Positions 44,273 through 45,731 of a stretch of 45,731 nucleotides of DNA are shown here, in pieces; position 1 is the first letter of the stretch, and every line of letters starts with the position of its first letter. Made by a program: the position numbers and the translations under genes. This DNA is from a bacterium. GTDB taxonomy: Archaea; Thermoplasmatota; E2; JACPAO01; JAHFTW01. The DNA lies in the NCBI GenBank assembly GCA_040390065.1, contig JAZJZE010000013.1, forward strand, positions 1-45,731, read 5' to 3'. The notes under the pieces were generated by a model. That model had not been told where the DNA came from and did no database searches. It worked only from the letters and a program-made list of their open reading frames with translations.

Positions 44273-45361
44273 TCAGCGCAGGCCGACCATGGGTTGCACC
44301 AAGTCGGCGCCCCAAACGTAGAGCGCCGCCAGGCCGATCGGGTTCAGCAGGTTGTCCGAGATGGCGACCGGCACGGGGGCTGCGACGTCGACGACGAGGA
44401 ACCAGGCCGCAGTCGCGAGGCCGAGAGGAATGCCGACGAGCGGCGTTGCCAACGCGAAGGCGGCGACCGTTCCGCCGACGGTTCCGGCATGGGACTTGTT
44501 GGCGTTGTGGCGCCACTTCGTGCGACCGATGCGCATTCCGACGAGGGCGCTTGCCGCGTCGGCGAAGACGGCGACCAGGATGACTGCGAGCGTCGGCCAT
44601 GCGGCGCGGTCCAAGTCGCCACGGCGCGCCAAGACGAGGGCGGCAAACGTCACGCCGGCGGCCATGTGGAGGTGACCGCCGAACAGCCCCGCCTCGCGGG
44701 CCCGCAGCAGAGGCTCGATGATGCGCTTCCAGGGATAGGCCAGCCCCGGGAAGGCGAGGCGCAAGAGCTCGATGGGAGCCAGGACCAGGATCAGAAGGAG
44801 GAGGCTGCAGAACAGGACCACTTCGCCGCCCGCATGCCACGAGGCGGCGCGGGCCACGAGGAGGTTGCCCCAGGTCTCACCCGGCATGGCGACGACGGGC
44901 GCGGCTGCCGCGGCGACGACGAGGACCGCATGGCCGAGGCCGAGAGGCACGAGCGAGTTGAGTCCCATCGCCAAGTGCGGGAGCTTGCGGCGCTCCTCGT
45001 GCGCCAGGTCGGGGATCGGTACCCGAAAGGTCCGCTGCACGATGGTGTGTGTCCAGTCGACCGCGACCTGCAGGCGAAGCGCGACGAAGAGGACGGCGTA
45101 GAGGACGCCGAAGGCCATGGCCAGCACCGCGAAGGTGCCGAAAGGCGCCGGGACGAGTGCCGGGCCCCACCGCAGCATCGCGGCGGCGCAGCCAAGCAGC
45201 GTGATGCCGCAGGCCAGCGTGGACCAGCAATCGGCGAGTCCCCGGCGGAAGCCGCGGGCCGCGACCGCCGCCGCCGCAAGGCCGTAGCCTGCCAAGCCGC
45301 CGGCGACGAGGGCACTCGCGGCGCGGCTGGCGTCCCCGATGACGAACGGCAGCCCAGGCAA
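44273..45361 (-). CDS. CTP-dependent polyprenol/dolichol/phytol kinase-like membrane protein
   Basis: EERRKLPH, ADAASALVGMRIGR, KSHAGT, SDNLLNP. TTG start uncertain. Confidence 0.8.
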   Translation of the reverse strand: MPGLPFVIGDASRAASALVAGGLAGYGLAAAAVAARGFRRGLADCWSTLACGITLLGCAAAMLRWGPALVPAPFGTFAVLAMAFGVLYAVLFVALRLQVAVDWTHTIVQRTFRVPIPDLAHEERRKLPHLAMGLNSLVPLGLGHAVLVVAAAAAPVVAMPGETWGNLLVARAASWHAGGEVVLFCSLLLLILVLAPIELLRLAFPGLAYPWKRIIEPLLRAREAGLFGGHLHMAAGVTFAALVLARRGDLDRAAWPTLAVILVAVFADAASALVGMRIGRTKWRHNANKSHAGTVGGTVAAFALATPLVGIPLGLATAAWFLVVDVAAPVPVAISDNLLNPIGLAALYVWGADLVQPMVGLR

Positions 45362-45434
45362 CGACAGGTGTATGGCGCGGCCGCGTCAAAGCCCTGAGCC
45401 ACGGCACGCGTCGTGTTGGTCCGCGGAGCGCGCA

Positions 45435-45650
45435 TCAGATCTTCTGGTCGAAGTAGCCCGTCGTGCCGCCTTCCGGCGTGATGCGCAGCGCGAGCCAGAT
45501 CCCCAACGCCGTTGCGACGATGAGAGCAACCCCCCACCACTTGCCCTCGGTCACGAACATGAGGCCGACGATGCCGACGGTGACGGACACGAGGACCAGC
45601 ACGAGGGCGGCGAGTTTGCGCAGCCAGTGCGACCTGGGGCGCTTCTGCAT
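45435..45650 (-). CDS. Small two-TM hypothetical protein immediately downstream of tRNA-His
   Basis: MQKRPRSHWLRKL followed by two hydrophobic helices; GC-rich third codon positions. Confidence 0.6.
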   Translation of the reverse strand: MQKRPRSHWLRKLAALVLVLVSVTVGIVGLMFVTEGKWWGVALIVATALGIWLALRITPEGGTTGYFDQKI

Positions 45651-45654
45651 GAGG

Positions 45655-45729
45655 GGCCCGGTGAGGGATTTGAACCCCCCACAGGGGAGCCACAATCCCC
45701 TATGTTAACCAGGCTACACTAACCGGGCC
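45655..45729 (-). tRNA. tRNA-His (GTG) with genomically encoded G-1
   Basis: G + GCCCGGT/ACCGGGC + C73. Anticodon arm GGGGA-TTGTGGC-TCCCC. T arm GGGGG-TTCAAAT-CCCTC. Confidence 0.95.
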
Positions 45730-45731
45730 AT

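Noticed and set aside
45362-45435. Possible frameshift extending the polyprenol-kinase-like gene to the ATG at 45435
   Set aside because: That ATG is out of frame, the extra peptide has no recognisable features, and a TTTGA box lies at typical spacing before TTG 45361. It cannot be supported without reads.

Overview
GC-rich archaeal chromosomal segment. It carries aCPSF1/FttA, a proteasome beta subunit, ATP-dependent DNA ligase, pantoate kinase, EgsA, GGGP and DGGGP synthases and a geranylgeranyl reductase. The proteins are not acidic, so it is probably not a haloarchaeon; a high-GC Thermoplasmatota lineage is my inference. The backbone is CoA and ether-lipid/isoprenoid biosynthesis plus two tRNAs (Pro-GGG, His-GTG). 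Interleaved with it are uncharacterised cell-envelope modules. The first is a tandem array of five paralogous four-TM proteins with claudin/PMP22-like sequence signatures, three ending in a shared Zn ribbon after a Pro-rich linker (25672-29929); this is the best candidate for an undescribed system. The second is a family of three secreted paralogues with PGF-CTERM-like tails, next to a Ca-binding lipoprotein and a single-pass protein with a very basic cytoplasmic domain (16162-22786). There are also two orphan paralogous multi-TM histidine kinases and a SPEC3/Stum-like small membrane protein. Two local duplications of gene 3' ends and several hairpin-rich intergenic stretches are present. I found no transposase, integrase, reverse transcriptase or CRISPR array. 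All family calls come from recognising motifs by eye, not from database searches, and many start codons were re-chosen downstream of the ORF-track starts.
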